From Pedosphaera sp. (GTDB lineage Bacteria > Verrucomicrobiota > Verrucomicrobiia > Limisphaerales > AAA164-E04), in the NCBI GenBank assembly GCA_002686885.1, contig NYYT01000034.1, forward strand, positions 16,872 through 54,437: DNA of 37,566 bases, in the 5' to 3' direction. The notes beneath the pieces were generated by a model that did not search any database, was not told the DNA's origin, and saw only the letters and a list, made by a program, of their open reading frames with translations. Made by a program: the position numbers and the translations under genes. Shown here piece after piece: positions 29,001 through 37,552 of the stretch; position 1 is the first letter of the stretch; every line of letters begins with the position of its first letter.

Positions 29001-29613
29001 CCTTGACCTTCGAATGAGTGAACACCCCCTGAGTCATGTAAAGCCAGCCATCCGGCCCCCAGGTAAACCCATTGAGCAATTCGTGGCGATCCTCCAAACC
29101 GAATCCACCCAACAGAGTCGTGGTTTGATCACATCGATCATCTCCATCGGTGTCTTCCAGAAAAAGTAAATAGGGAGCCTGCCCCACGTAAACGCCCCCG
29201 TTACCCAACAGCAAACCGGTCGCAAGGTTGAGTCCATCCGCAAAGAGGGTGGACGTGTCCGCACGTCCATCCGCATCGGTGTCTTCCAGTATGCGAATTC
29301 GGTCACGAGGTTTTTCACCCCTCTTGGCCCCTTGAGGGTATTCGAAAAGTTCCAGCACCCAAAGTCGCCCTCGCTCGTCCCAGTCCATGGCAACTGGATT
29401 GACCACATCAGGTTCGCTGGCAAAAAGACGCATTTCAAAGCCATCAGGAACCGAAAAGGTCGCCGGGGCCAGGGTGGGTGGCACGGGCTGACTGGAGGCA
29501 GGCGCATGGGGGCCCGTCAATTGACGCCCTGCAGCGCGCAGGGTGATGGTATTAAGGACCAAAGCCAGGCAAACACACAGGGCACAAAAAGTGGTTGAAA
29601 CAATAGTTTTCAT
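26095..29613 (-). CDS. PVC-type heme-binding CxxCH protein (dehydrogenase-like propeller, HEAT repeats, cytochrome c, extra C-terminal domain)
   Basis: VPDGFEMRLFASEP, WDERGRLWV, LEDTDADGRAD, WGPDGWLY, GPDGTVWIADW, GRIWRV, CLVCH, VGPDLT and SLMPEGL. The signal peptide begins at ATG 29613. Confidence 0.9.
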   Translation of the reverse strand: MKTIVSTTFCALCVCLALVLNTITLRAAGRQLTGPHAPASSQPVPPTLAPATFSVPDGFEMRLFASEPDVVNPVAMDWDERGRLWVLELFEYPQGAKRGEKPRDRIRILEDTDADGRADTSTLFADGLNLATGLLLGNGGVYVGQAPYLLFLEDTDGDDRCDQTTTLLGGFGLEDRHELLNGFTWGPDGWLYMTQGVFTHSKVKDPDHPERPEVIMNAAVARYHPTSKRFEIFSDGASNQWHVDFDRYGNAFVSACVIDHLFHMAPGGLYVRQAGRPEFSYSYGLLPSIVDHRHYRAAYCGVAVYQGNQYPEAYSGRVLMGNIHENAVNMDRLEPHGASFKAHAMDNFVQSSDGWFRSVSEQIGPDGTVWIADWYDKYPCYQNARADPEGVDRAYGRIWRVVYTGDGQGGMISSRPEKEMNLAQASGKELVTLLNHPNVWHREMAQRLLNERRDAETQPALRAMIQEASTLEGRLSALWTLHGSGLLDESTLDAASQHVDFGLRMWAARLTGERATDHWRAFARLERLAKDPHASVRAAVATALRQYASGSLTIDTPRRSSAGLETLGPVFDALIRASADAQDPLIPFMTWMAAEPWVAEDPASVLDWLVNEGPAAQPLAGQLTHKTLRRLCDMATPEAFALAVQAVDRFSAADQGLMLQALRALAEGQELHGSDAPANATALLERWSQAGGTLHQEWLLQLGVLWRDPKTLENIVKHIESEQVDEPTQRRAMDMARRFQNDALQQALLKRFQRDAGGPLTLELIRAMREQEGEAMAQGVMESWSKLTPSHRQEAIKMLMSRNAWIRRLLLGIEQKQVAASDLPASVIRALTEHRDEAIQKASLAAIGRVRPANADMDLLIAAKKAMVLEGEPDLARGQQLAETVCLVCHQLHGKGASVGPDLTGVGRSNLDALLANVINPNQIIGAGYENVIVETHDDRTFSGRVIEETETYVKLLAAGPLEQVVRKKDIASRETTPSSLMPEGLEQMPDQDFRDLIWYVLNPPEDGRRMTPALRRELVGEQASSMPRDYESISLWNPQWEVDSAEKGPAPAVMTDWNGREHILVTHPYGHQRSASLSSTLDVASEGATWLRIRAGAAQDGPWVLRVFVDQKLVHRQRMEASAGTWQEVQVDLTPFAGPSVPVRLENYAYDLTNDFAYWDRIEVLHEETSP

Positions 29614-29719
29614 CGAAAATGGTGAGCAATTGGCATGTTGCGAGAATGCATCCTTCAAAGGGTCCAATGCGCAGCGAACAGGCTCCGCAGCCTCAAGTGA
29701 ACCATCTCGGATGGGGTGG

Positions 29720-29748
29720 ATGTTGCGCCAAATCGCCCGTGCTGTCAA
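29720..29748 (-). promoter_or_regulatory. Sigma70-like promoter of the CxxCH gene
   Basis: Minus strand TTGACA-N17-CAACAT, which supports the 29613 start. Confidence 0.5.
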
Positions 29749-29830
29749 AATCCCATTCCTGCCCGTGGGGCTGAAGATCTTTTTCACCTCAAAACCGATG
29801 ACCTGCAGGTCAGATGGAGATTGGGCACCT

Positions 29831-31294
29831 TCAGGCAATCAAGGAACGGACAATATTGCCATGGACATCGGTGAGACGGAAATCTCGCCCGGCATAGCGG
29901 AAGGTAAAAGCCTCATGATCAAAACCCAGGAGCCATAGAATCGTGGCATGCAGATCGTGAACATGCACCACATCTTCGACTGCCTGAAATCCAAATGGAT
30001 CGGTCGCCCCATGCACCATGCCACCCCGGACACCCCCTCCGGCCAACCACATGGTAAACCCATGGTGATTGTGGTCTCGCCCATTGATCTTACCAGCATT
30101 GGCACCGGGCTTGGGAAGTTCCACCGTCGGAGTCCGCCCAAATTCGCCGCCCCATAGGACCAGGGTGTCTTCCAACATGCCTCGCTGCTTGAGGTCGGTG
30201 AGGAGCGCGCCTATCGGTTGATCACACTCCCGAGCCAATCGGCGGTGGTTTTTTTCGATATCATCGTGGTTGTCCCAGGGTTGCCCGGCTCCGTGCCAAA
30301 GCTGGACAAAACGCACCCCCCGCTCCAGTAACCGGCGGGCAATCAACATTTGGCGTCCCTGGACCCCATCCCCATACATGTCGCGGATGTGTTCGGGTTC
30401 CCGTTGGATGTCGAATGCGTCGGTAGCGTCCATTTGCATGCGATAAGCCAACTCGAATGAGTGAATACGGGCTTCGAGCTGAGGATCGGCTTGTCGCTGT
30501 TCGACGTGTTCCCGGTTGATGCGTTGGAGCAAATCAAGCTGACGTCTCTGGCGAGAGCTGGTCAGTTTCTTGTTTTGAATATGCTCAATCAGCTTTTCAA
30601 CTTCCCGGTGGCGAGAGTCGACATAGGTTCCCTGAAACACACCCGGAAGAAATCCTGACTGCCAATTTTGAGATTCCTGAATCGGGTAGCCCCCCGGACA
30701 CATGACAATGAAGCCAGGCAAATTCTGGTTTTCACTTCCCAGACCATAGGTCACCCACGAACCTACACTGGGGCGAACGAGCCGGGCTTCACCGCAATTC
30801 ATCAACATCAACGAGGGCTCATGATTCGGCACATCGGCCTTCATGGATCGAATCACGGCGATATCATCGATGCATCGAGCCACATGAGGAAAGAGGTCAC
30901 TGACTTCGATCCCACTTTGCCCATGATGCTTGAATTCAAAAGGCGATGCAAAAGCAGCGCCCGTCTGACGTTCGGTGCGCAAATTTTGCATCGGCAGCAT
31001 CTGCCCGGCATAGCGGTCAAGCTCTGGCTTGGGATCAAAGCTGTCCACGTGAGACGGCCCACCATTCATGAAGAGATGGATCACTCTCTTTGCCTTGCCG
31101 GGAAGCAGGGGTTGACGCGGTGCAAGCGGAACAGTGGTTTCAGCCGAGGCATGCGAGGCGGGAGTGAGAAGCCCCGCTCCGCCCAACAGACTCTGCAGGC
31201 CAAGAGAACCGAAGCCCATACCCAGTCTGGAAAGGAAAGCTCGCCGGGGGGGCTGGCTTACCCTGTCCGAGTCGAATGATGGGGTGGAGAGCAT
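29831..31294 (-). CDS. DUF1501 family protein with Tat signal
   Basis: PRRAFL twin-arginine motif, AKRVIHLFMNGGPSHVDSFDPKP, ARRLLERGVRFVQL, WDNH, GEFGRTP, GRDHN and FRLTDVHG. Confidence 0.92.
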   Translation of the reverse strand: MLSTPSFDSDRVSQPPRRAFLSRLGMGFGSLGLQSLLGGAGLLTPASHASAETTVPLAPRQPLLPGKAKRVIHLFMNGGPSHVDSFDPKPELDRYAGQMLPMQNLRTERQTGAAFASPFEFKHHGQSGIEVSDLFPHVARCIDDIAVIRSMKADVPNHEPSLMLMNCGEARLVRPSVGSWVTYGLGSENQNLPGFIVMCPGGYPIQESQNWQSGFLPGVFQGTYVDSRHREVEKLIEHIQNKKLTSSRQRRQLDLLQRINREHVEQRQADPQLEARIHSFELAYRMQMDATDAFDIQREPEHIRDMYGDGVQGRQMLIARRLLERGVRFVQLWHGAGQPWDNHDDIEKNHRRLARECDQPIGALLTDLKQRGMLEDTLVLWGGEFGRTPTVELPKPGANAGKINGRDHNHHGFTMWLAGGGVRGGMVHGATDPFGFQAVEDVVHVHDLHATILWLLGFDHEAFTFRYAGRDFRLTDVHGNIVRSLIA

Positions 31295-31368
31295 GAGATC
31301 AAAAATAGAGGGGGCTCAGGAGGGCATCCAGCTTGAACCAGCACTGCATGATTCCTCAAACATAGCTC

Positions 31369-31566
31369 TTAGCCAAACCCGGGCTCTTGTGGGGGCGCTA
31401 GAGGAGCCGGCTCGGTTTTGGGAGCTTTGCTCTGATAGGTGTAGATGGCCCACAACCCAAAGCCAACCATCAGGAAGATCCCTGCAATCAGGCTGGCAAA
31501 AACCTTACCCACCCATGGGTTGGTGACGATGGCAGGATTTTGAGGCTTGGTGTCGTTCACGCTCAT
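31369..31566 (-). CDS. Small single-pass membrane protein, unknown function
   Basis: A 65-aa ORF with one TM segment (VFASLIAGIFLMVGFGLWAIY) and a Pro-rich tail. It fills the gap and is co-oriented with its neighbours. Confidence 0.6.
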   Translation of the reverse strand: MSVNDTKPQNPAIVTNPWVGKVFASLIAGIFLMVGFGLWAIYTYQSKAPKTEPAPLAPPQEPGFG

Positions 31567-31601
31567 TAGATAGTTTACCCTGCCCCTGCCCGGATGCAAC
31601 C

Positions 31602-32354
31602 CTATCCTTGAGGCGCCTGCAAGGAGGCAAGCACCTCAGGATCGCGAACATCTACCCAGCGACCTTCAATTTTGAGGCCAGCCATGCGACCACCTGATTC
31701 GATCGTCGCGCTAATGGCGTCGGTCAACTCATATTCCCCACGCGGCGATGGAGTCAGCGCCTGCATGCGGTCAAAAGCCTGAGGCGTGAAAACGTAAATG
31801 CCCGCATTGTAATAAATCGGGTCCCCCGGTTTGAGAACGCCTTCCCTTCGGAGGGCTTCCAACTGTTCCAGAGAAGGTTTTTCGACCAGCTTGGTAAGAC
31901 AGAAGGTGTCGTCGAAGAAATTGATCCCCCCCTGCGTCACATCTTCCCCTTCGGTCACCGTCAGCAAACCATCGAATGCAGCTGTGCTAAAACGCTGAAC
32001 CATCTGATGGTAGGTCTCAGGGCGCACCAGAATGTCGCCGTAGGTGAGCAGAAAATCATCTTTCCCCACAAAATCTCGAGCTGGCAGAGCTGCGCGGCCC
32101 GTACCGTCTTGTAGGGTTTGCTGACGATACTGGAGATTGACTCCGAGAGCGCTCCCATCGCCTAGGTGTTGTTCGATCACTTCGGCTTTCCAGCCGGTGA
32201 TGAGGCAAATGTCGACAATGCCGGCCTGTCTCAAGCCACCCAGAATGTGTTCTAGGATAGGCTTGCCTTCGACCCGAAGCATGGGCTTGGGGGTTTCCTC
32301 GGTCAGAGAGCCCATGCGGGTCCCCTTCCCTGCTGCCAGGATGATTGCTTTCAT
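31602..32354 (-). CDS. Sugar-phosphate nucleotidyltransferase (NTP_transferase family)
   Basis: MKAIILAAGKGTRM, PKPML, YGD, VEKP, NAGIY and PSPRGEYELTDAI. Confidence 0.92.
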   Translation of the reverse strand: MKAIILAAGKGTRMGSLTEETPKPMLRVEGKPILEHILGGLRQAGIVDICLITGWKAEVIEQHLGDGSALGVNLQYRQQTLQDGTGRAALPARDFVGKDDFLLTYGDILVRPETYHQMVQRFSTAAFDGLLTVTEGEDVTQGGINFFDDTFCLTKLVEKPSLEQLEALRREGVLKPGDPIYYNAGIYVFTPQAFDRMQALTPSPRGEYELTDAISATIESGGRMAGLKIEGRWVDVRDPEVLASLQAPQG

Positions 32355-32423
32355 GGCCTCTCTCCGCACCCCTGTAAGCACTTGGAACCTCTCCTCTTGG
32401 CGATTCGCAAGTATGGGAAATAT

Positions 32424-33650
32424 TCAGGCACCATATTTGTCAAACATCCGAGCGTGAGCCTGCATGTGTCGCATGAGGAACTTGGCTTCAAAGACCCCCA
32501 GAGATCCTAGATTGGCCCCAGTTTCGGTAAATCGATCCAACTTGTCCGAGCCTGAAAAGGCGGAGCTCAAGAGCACCGGTTGTGGATGCCATGAGTGTCC
32601 CTTCATCGGGCATGGCGTGGAATGGTCTCCGGTGATGGCCAGCACATCGGGGCGCTTTTGAAGAAGAATCGGCAAGGCTTCATCCAGCTCCTCGATGGCT
32701 TTTTTCTTGGCCTCAAAATTCCCATCCTCCCCATACATGTCGGTGTATTTGTAATGAATGAAGAAGAAATCGTAATCGTCATAAAGTTCCAGATAACGAT
32801 TGAACTGTTCACCAATGGTTTGCGGACCCTCTATCTTGGTCATGCCAACGAGTTGGGCCAAACCTTTATACATGGGATAAACCGCCAAACAGGCTGGCTT
32901 GAGCCGATAGCGTTCTTGGAAAGTTGGAATATCGGGCTGATGCGCAATGCCCCGCATCAGAAACCCATTGGCCGGTTGCTCATCTTTGAGCAGTGGTAGC
33001 GCCACCTCGTAGAAGGCATTGATCAGATCCGCGGCCTTTTGAGCTTTCTTGGAACTGGCATCGGCGGGAATCGCCTTGGCGATGGGAAGTCCTTCCCGTT
33101 GAGGATCGGTATCCAGAATCGGGCCCTCCAGGCCGGCTCCCCTGAAGATGACCACAAAACGATGTCCCTTACCCGCCTGAATCATCACCTCAGCAGACCC
33201 CACCCTTTTGATTTTGGAAGCCAGAATGTCGCACAAGCGCTCACACACCTCGGTTTCAATCCGCCCAGCTCGACGGTCGGTGACCAGCCCTGAGTCATCG
33301 AGAGAGCAAAAGTTGGCTCGGGCAGCCACATCACCTGGCTTCAATTCAATCCCCAGGCCAAGCGCTTCAATGACCCCTCGTCCCACTTGAGTTTCCACCG
33401 GATCATAGCCAAAGAGCGCGAGATGTCCGGGCCCGCTTCCGGGTGTGATCCCCGGAGCCACAGGGGTCATGCGCCCCTGAATGGCTTCATGGCTCAGCTG
33501 ATCCATGTTGGGCGTTGCGGCAGCTTCCAGAGGGGTCAGAAACTCTGTGTCCTTGGTAGCAATATCCCCCACCCCATCCATGACAATCAGGGCCAGTTTG
33601 GCCGTCGTCGGAAGGGTGAGTTGAGAATACAGTGTGTCAAGTTGGGTCAT
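32424..33650 (-). CDS. apgM: 2,3-bisphosphoglycerate-independent phosphoglycerate mutase (ApgM type)
   Basis: MDGVGD, TPLEAAATPNMD, PGSGPGHLALFGYDP, DRRAGRI and TGDHSTP...HSWHP. The start is 33650 or 33662. Confidence 0.92.
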   Translation of the reverse strand: MTQLDTLYSQLTLPTTAKLALIVMDGVGDIATKDTEFLTPLEAAATPNMDQLSHEAIQGRMTPVAPGITPGSGPGHLALFGYDPVETQVGRGVIEALGLGIELKPGDVAARANFCSLDDSGLVTDRRAGRIETEVCERLCDILASKIKRVGSAEVMIQAGKGHRFVVIFRGAGLEGPILDTDPQREGLPIAKAIPADASSKKAQKAADLINAFYEVALPLLKDEQPANGFLMRGIAHQPDIPTFQERYRLKPACLAVYPMYKGLAQLVGMTKIEGPQTIGEQFNRYLELYDDYDFFFIHYKYTDMYGEDGNFEAKKKAIEELDEALPILLQKRPDVLAITGDHSTPCPMKGHSWHPQPVLLSSAFSGSDKLDRFTETGANLGSLGVFEAKFLMRHMQAHARMFDKYGA

Positions 33651-33747
33651 GCTCAATGTCAATGTAAGAGTTCAAAAGTTGCCAGTGAGGTCTTCATTCG
33701 TAAACGTTTCGCGAAAAAACAGAGACCGCCACGGCTCCAAGGGGTGG

Positions 33748-33776
33748 ATTTTGGGTCGTGCCGTCTTCAAGGTCAA
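33748..33776 (-). promoter_or_regulatory. Sigma70-like promoter of apgM
   Basis: Minus strand TTGACC-N17-CAAAAT. Confidence 0.5.
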
Positions 33777-33839
33777 TGGGATATTCATTCCATGCCAACG
33801 CGCCTACCATCCTTTTATCCCTTTTATGGAAGACAGCAT

Positions 33840-34307
33840 TCAGTCCACGGCTATCACAGAAGCCTGTTCACCGTTGGGAAGAGTGAGTGACTCTCCTGCT
33901 GAAAGCCCATACATGGATTCACCCAGTGGTGATTGAGGGGTTACGACCGTCACTCTTCCCAGTGACACTTCCACATCCATTCCACCCCCTTGGCGAAGCA
34001 GGAAGTAATATTCGGTCTGCCCCTCCAGCTCGAGGGTCACCAAGGCCCCAATGCCGATAGGTTGCCCTTTGAAGGAGCGAGGCTCCATGGCACGCAACTC
34101 GTCCAACTGCAGGGCCAATGCGGTGAATTGCCTGGCATGCCCTCGAGCTAGATAGGAAGCCTCCAATCCGCTGGTGTCCCATTTGGTCTCCGCTCGAGAT
34201 TGTTCATCCGTCGCCCCTGCCGATGCTTGACGATTGGCTTGCTGATGTCTTCTGAGCAAAGCCTCCATCGCTTCCTTCAATTGATGCCAAACAAGGGTCT
34301 TGTCCAT
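33840..34307 (-). CDS. GreA/GreB-family elongation factor-like protein
   Basis: N-terminal coiled coil with AETKWDTSGLEASYLARG, and a Gre C-terminal domain (IGIGALVTL...VTPQSPLG..MYGLSAGE). Confidence 0.8.
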   Translation of the reverse strand: MDKTLVWHQLKEAMEALLRRHQQANRQASAGATDEQSRAETKWDTSGLEASYLARGHARQFTALALQLDELRAMEPRSFKGQPIGIGALVTLELEGQTEYYFLLRQGGGMDVEVSLGRVTVVTPQSPLGESMYGLSAGESLTLPNGEQASVIAVD

Positions 34308-34351
34308 AAGCTGATGTGCAGGAGCGCGAGACAGGAGCCGCCATCTGATAG

Positions 34352-34386
34352 AAAAAAAGGCTCAAACTTTGGGGTTCCTTGAGCCT
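34352..34386 (-). terminator. Intrinsic-terminator-like hairpin upstream of the GreA-like gene
   Basis: Minus strand AGGCTCAA-N13-TTGAGCCT running into a T7 tract that ends 45 nt before ATG 34307. Confidence 0.55.
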
Positions 34387-34410
34387 GACCCGTCACCACC
34401 GGTGTTCCGC

Positions 34411-34438
34411 TTGACGCCCGTGTTGATCAATCTAAACT
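34411..34438 (+). promoter_or_regulatory. Sigma70-like promoter of the T2SS/pseudopilin operon
   Basis: TTGACG-N16-TAAACT, with the palindrome TTGATCAA (34423-34430) in the spacer. Confidence 0.55.
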
Positions 34439-34491
34439 GGTTCTGCGCCGCAACTTTCCTACGCGCCTGTGTTTACTTGAATAAAAGGTTT

Positions 34492-35781
34492 ATGCCACAA
34501 TTTTCTTTTAAAGCGCGCAAGCGCAGCGGCGAATTGGTCCAGGGTGTTCTTGAGGGCCCAGACCGCAGCGCCGTCCTCTCTCAGATGGAGAGGCAAGGAC
34601 TTCTCCCTATCTCTCTGGAGGCATCCAAGGGCAAGAAAGGCAGCACACCGGCCAAGGCTCGGCAGGCTGGATCAAGCCCGACATCCCCCTCAGGAAGTGC
34701 CGCGCCGCCACTCTTTCGCGAGTGGTTCAGCAAAAAACGCAAACCCAAGTTACAGGAGTTAGCCACCTACACTCAGCAGCTTGCCAATTTGCTACATTCC
34801 GGGATGCCATTAACCGTGGCTCTTAACAGCATGAGTCATCTTGAATCCAAGGGAATCCCTCAGGAAATCAGCATCCAGCTGAGGGGAGACGTCATGGAGG
34901 GCAAAGCCCTGTCAGATGCCATGGCCAGGCTGCCACACATATTTACCGACCTCTACATCAACATGATCCGGGCAGGAGAGCAGAGCGGTGCCCTTGAGGA
35001 AGTCCTTCACCGCCTGGCGGCGCACTTCGAGCGGTTTGCCGAGGTTCGGCAAAAGTTCGTTTCTGCTCTGATCTACCCCATCATCGTCGGAACCGTTGGT
35101 GTCGGGATCATCGCCCTGTTCATGACCGTCATTCTGCCGAAGTTTACGCAGATCTTCACCGACATGAAGGTTCCTCTACCGGCCTCTACTGAAGCCTTGA
35201 TTACGGTGAGTCGACTTTCAGCGACCTATTGGTGGTTGGCTCCTCTGGTGGGTGCTGTTGGGGCCATTCTTTACCAGCGATTCAGTTCCAACCCCTCTGG
35301 ACGACGCACGCTGGACCGTTGGAAACTCACCATGCCCATCATCGGAAAGGTTTTTAAATTAAACCTCTTCAGTCAGTTTGCCCGCACCCTGGCCACTCTG
35401 CTCAAGAACGGCGTCCCGGTTTTGACAGCACTGAAGATCACCGAAAACGTGATGCCCAACACCATTCTGGCAGAGGCGATTGCCAAGACCCGCGAAGATG
35501 TCACCGATGGCAAGACCATCTCACAACCCCTGGCACGAAGCCAGGTCTTCCCACAATTGATGATCGACCTGATCAAGATCGGGGAGGAAACCGGTGATGT
35601 TCCAGGCTCCCTACAAAGCGTGGCAGAAACCTATGAAGATCAACTGACCATCGCCTTGAGGGTCATGACGAATTTGGTGGAGCCTGCCATGATTATCCTG
35701 ATGGCCATCGGTGTCGGAGGACTCCTCTTCAGCATCCTTTCAGCCATGTTCCAAATCACCTCTTCCATTGGCAACCGATGA
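34492..35781 (+). CDS. gspF: Type II secretion / type IV pilus inner-membrane platform protein F (GspF/PilC)
   Basis: MPQFSFKA, QQLANLLHSGMPL, RAGEQSGAL, ALIYP, FARTLATLLKNGVP, GEETG and LVEP. ATG 34492 lies downstream of the promoter. Confidence 0.93.
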   Translation: MPQFSFKARKRSGELVQGVLEGPDRSAVLSQMERQGLLPISLEASKGKKGSTPAKARQAGSSPTSPSGSAAPPLFREWFSKKRKPKLQELATYTQQLANLLHSGMPLTVALNSMSHLESKGIPQEISIQLRGDVMEGKALSDAMARLPHIFTDLYINMIRAGEQSGALEEVLHRLAAHFERFAEVRQKFVSALIYPIIVGTVGVGIIALFMTVILPKFTQIFTDMKVPLPASTEALITVSRLSATYWWLAPLVGAVGAILYQRFSSNPSGRRTLDRWKLTMPIIGKVFKLNLFSQFARTLATLLKNGVPVLTALKITENVMPNTILAEAIAKTREDVTDGKTISQPLARSQVFPQLMIDLIKIGEETGDVPGSLQSVAETYEDQLTIALRVMTNLVEPAMIILMAIGVGGLLFSILSAMFQITSSIGNR

Positions 35782-36380
35782 GGCAACATCGCGCTCAGGA
35801 AAGTGCTTTCACTCTCATTGAGATCATGTTGGTCACTGGCATGATGCTTCTCATGCTGGGCTGGGGTATCCCCAACATGATGCGTGCCCTTGAAAAACAC
35901 GGGATTGCCAAAGCTACGATGGATATCATGGATGGATGCAAGCAGGCGAGGGCCCTTGCCATCCTTAAGAGTCAAACCAGCGAACTGGTCATTGCCTCCT
36001 ATGAAGATGGCTACGCGCTTTATGTCACCGCCACTCAAACCCCACGTCTTGTGCAGCAGGACACGGGCATTCTTCCTGAGGATTTTGACGACCCCGACAA
36101 TCTGGATGATGAGGGAAACCAGAAATCCAATCGCAGCGTCCTGGCCGAGCTGGATGGCTTCCGCCGCAACATTGGAGGCGACATCGCCATCGAGATGCTA
36201 GACATCAATTTCATCAACATGCTGGAGGGCACCATCAACGAAGCTAGAGTGCGGTTTTACCCCAATGGAACCAGCGATGAATTCACCATCGGACTGCTTC
36301 TCAACGATGACCGTCGCATCGTCACACTCGATGCCATCACGGGCTTACCCAGCGTCATGGACCCAAGCAACATCGATTAA
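35778..36380 (+). CDS. Minor pseudopilin, GspH/FimT-like
   Basis: SAFTLIEIM prepilin motif, QARALAI and VRFYPNGTSD. ATGA overlap with gspF. Confidence 0.8.
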   Translation: MRQHRAQESAFTLIEIMLVTGMMLLMLGWGIPNMMRALEKHGIAKATMDIMDGCKQARALAILKSQTSELVIASYEDGYALYVTATQTPRLVQQDTGILPEDFDDPDNLDDEGNQKSNRSVLAELDGFRRNIGGDIAIEMLDINFINMLEGTINEARVRFYPNGTSDEFTIGLLLNDDRRIVTLDAITGLPSVMDPSNID

Positions 36381-36392
36381 TAGCAAGCACCC

Positions 36393-36824
36393 ATGAACCG
36401 ACGCCGCTCACCCTTCCAAAAAGCCAACCCCGCGCACGGGGGCTTCAGCTTGCTGGAGGTCATGATTGCCATTGGTATTTTTTTTACTTCGGTGTTCCTG
36501 ATCCTGGAATTAACCAGTCAACACCTTCGCACTGCACGCATTATGCAAACCATGGATGTCGATCGCAGCAGTTTGCCCGCACTGCTCTCCATGACCAACT
36601 TCCTGGAGATAGGTCCCCTGCCCATTGACATCAAAATGGCTTATGAAGACAGCCATCCCGGGGTCACGGTCGATGGCATGATCGAGGAGGCAGCCACCAA
36701 TGGTCTTTTCAGAGTCGACTACACCATCCACTGGCTTGCCGAAAACAACATGCGTAAGACGCGCAACAGCATTTTGCTGTGGCGGCCCAACATGGCCAAC
36801 AACCGATCCAATCTACCGAGATAA
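36393..36824 (+). CDS. Minor pseudopilin, GspI-like
   Basis: GGFSLLEVMIAIGIF prepilin motif; its size (143 aa) and position fit GspI. Confidence 0.78.
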   Translation: MNRRRSPFQKANPAHGGFSLLEVMIAIGIFFTSVFLILELTSQHLRTARIMQTMDVDRSSLPALLSMTNFLEIGPLPIDIKMAYEDSHPGVTVDGMIEEAATNGLFRVDYTIHWLAENNMRKTRNSILLWRPNMANNRSNLPR

Positions 36825-36826
36825 CG

Positions 36827-37552
36827 GTGACACTCCGATGCACAAACCGTCAGCGAGGTTTTACCTTGATCGAAATCATGGTCGCCGTGGGCGTCCTAGG
36901 TGGATTGATGGTGGCCATCTTCGCTTCCTGGCAGGCGATCGTCAAAAGCTCTCAAATCGGCATCACGGCATCGGTGGAATCCCATCGCAACCGCATTGCG
37001 ATCCGCTCCATCAACGATGCACTGACTTCTGCCATCATGCATGAACTGAACTTGCCCTACTATGCCTTCCTGGCCGACACGACGGGTGAATTTGCCGCTT
37101 TCAGCATGGTCTCCCACCTCCCTGCCTCCTTTCCAGGAAGCGGTCTTTTCCAAGGGCAGCCCGTCCGAAGGGTGACCTTCAGTGTGGAGTCCACCAACTC
37201 GGTCTACCAGCTGATCCTGCGACAAAACCCCATTCTGGCTCCTGTGGAGCAAGGAGATGAGCCCTACCCCGTCGTGTTGGCAAAGAATGTCGGTGAGTTC
37301 AACCTCGAATTTTTCGATTTGCGCAGCGGTGAGTGGATGCCCGAATGGGGGAATACCAACCAGCTTCCGGCGATGGTGCGGTTTCGTCTCGGGTTTGCCC
37401 GCCCCGGCTCCAAAGAAGTGGAGGAGGGCCGCATCATTGAACGGATCGTGCAACTCCCTGGACAGACGGTACAGGCAGCCTGGCAGCGCCCGGTCGCTCC
37501 CAATGGGATGGGCGCCCCCAACGTCAACCAAAACCGACCCCAAACCCAATGA
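36827..37552 (+). CDS. Minor pseudopilin, GspJ-like
   Basis: RGFTLIEIMVAV and LAKNVGEFNLEFFD...W...W..TNQLPAMVRFRL. GTG 36827 follows the upstream stop. Confidence 0.82.
   Translation: MTLRCTNRQRGFTLIEIMVAVGVLGGLMVAIFASWQAIVKSSQIGITASVESHRNRIAIRSINDALTSAIMHELNLPYYAFLADTTGEFAAFSMVSHLPASFPGSGLFQGQPVRRVTFSVESTNSVYQLILRQNPILAPVEQGDEPYPVVLAKNVGEFNLEFFDLRSGEWMPEWGNTNQLPAMVRFRLGFARPGSKEVEEGRIIERIVQLPGQTVQAAWQRPVAPNGMGAPNVNQNRPQTQ

Noticed and set aside
25051-29613. CxxCH gene, iscA and hscB-like gene are in one frame separated only by single TGA codons (possible readthrough or selenocysteine polyprotein)
   Set aside because: Sharing a frame has about a 1-in-9 chance. A candidate promoter sits in the first gap, I saw no SECIS-like hairpin, and fusing an exported protein to cytoplasmic Fe-S factors is implausible. 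TGA is used as a normal stop throughout the window.
29614-29838. 75-codon N-terminal extension of the CxxCH ORF
   Set aside because: It precedes the signal peptide and contains a promoter-like element, so it is treated as intergenic. The same reasoning applies to the extensions of the ORFs at 5413, 17950, 20499, 34369 and 36779.
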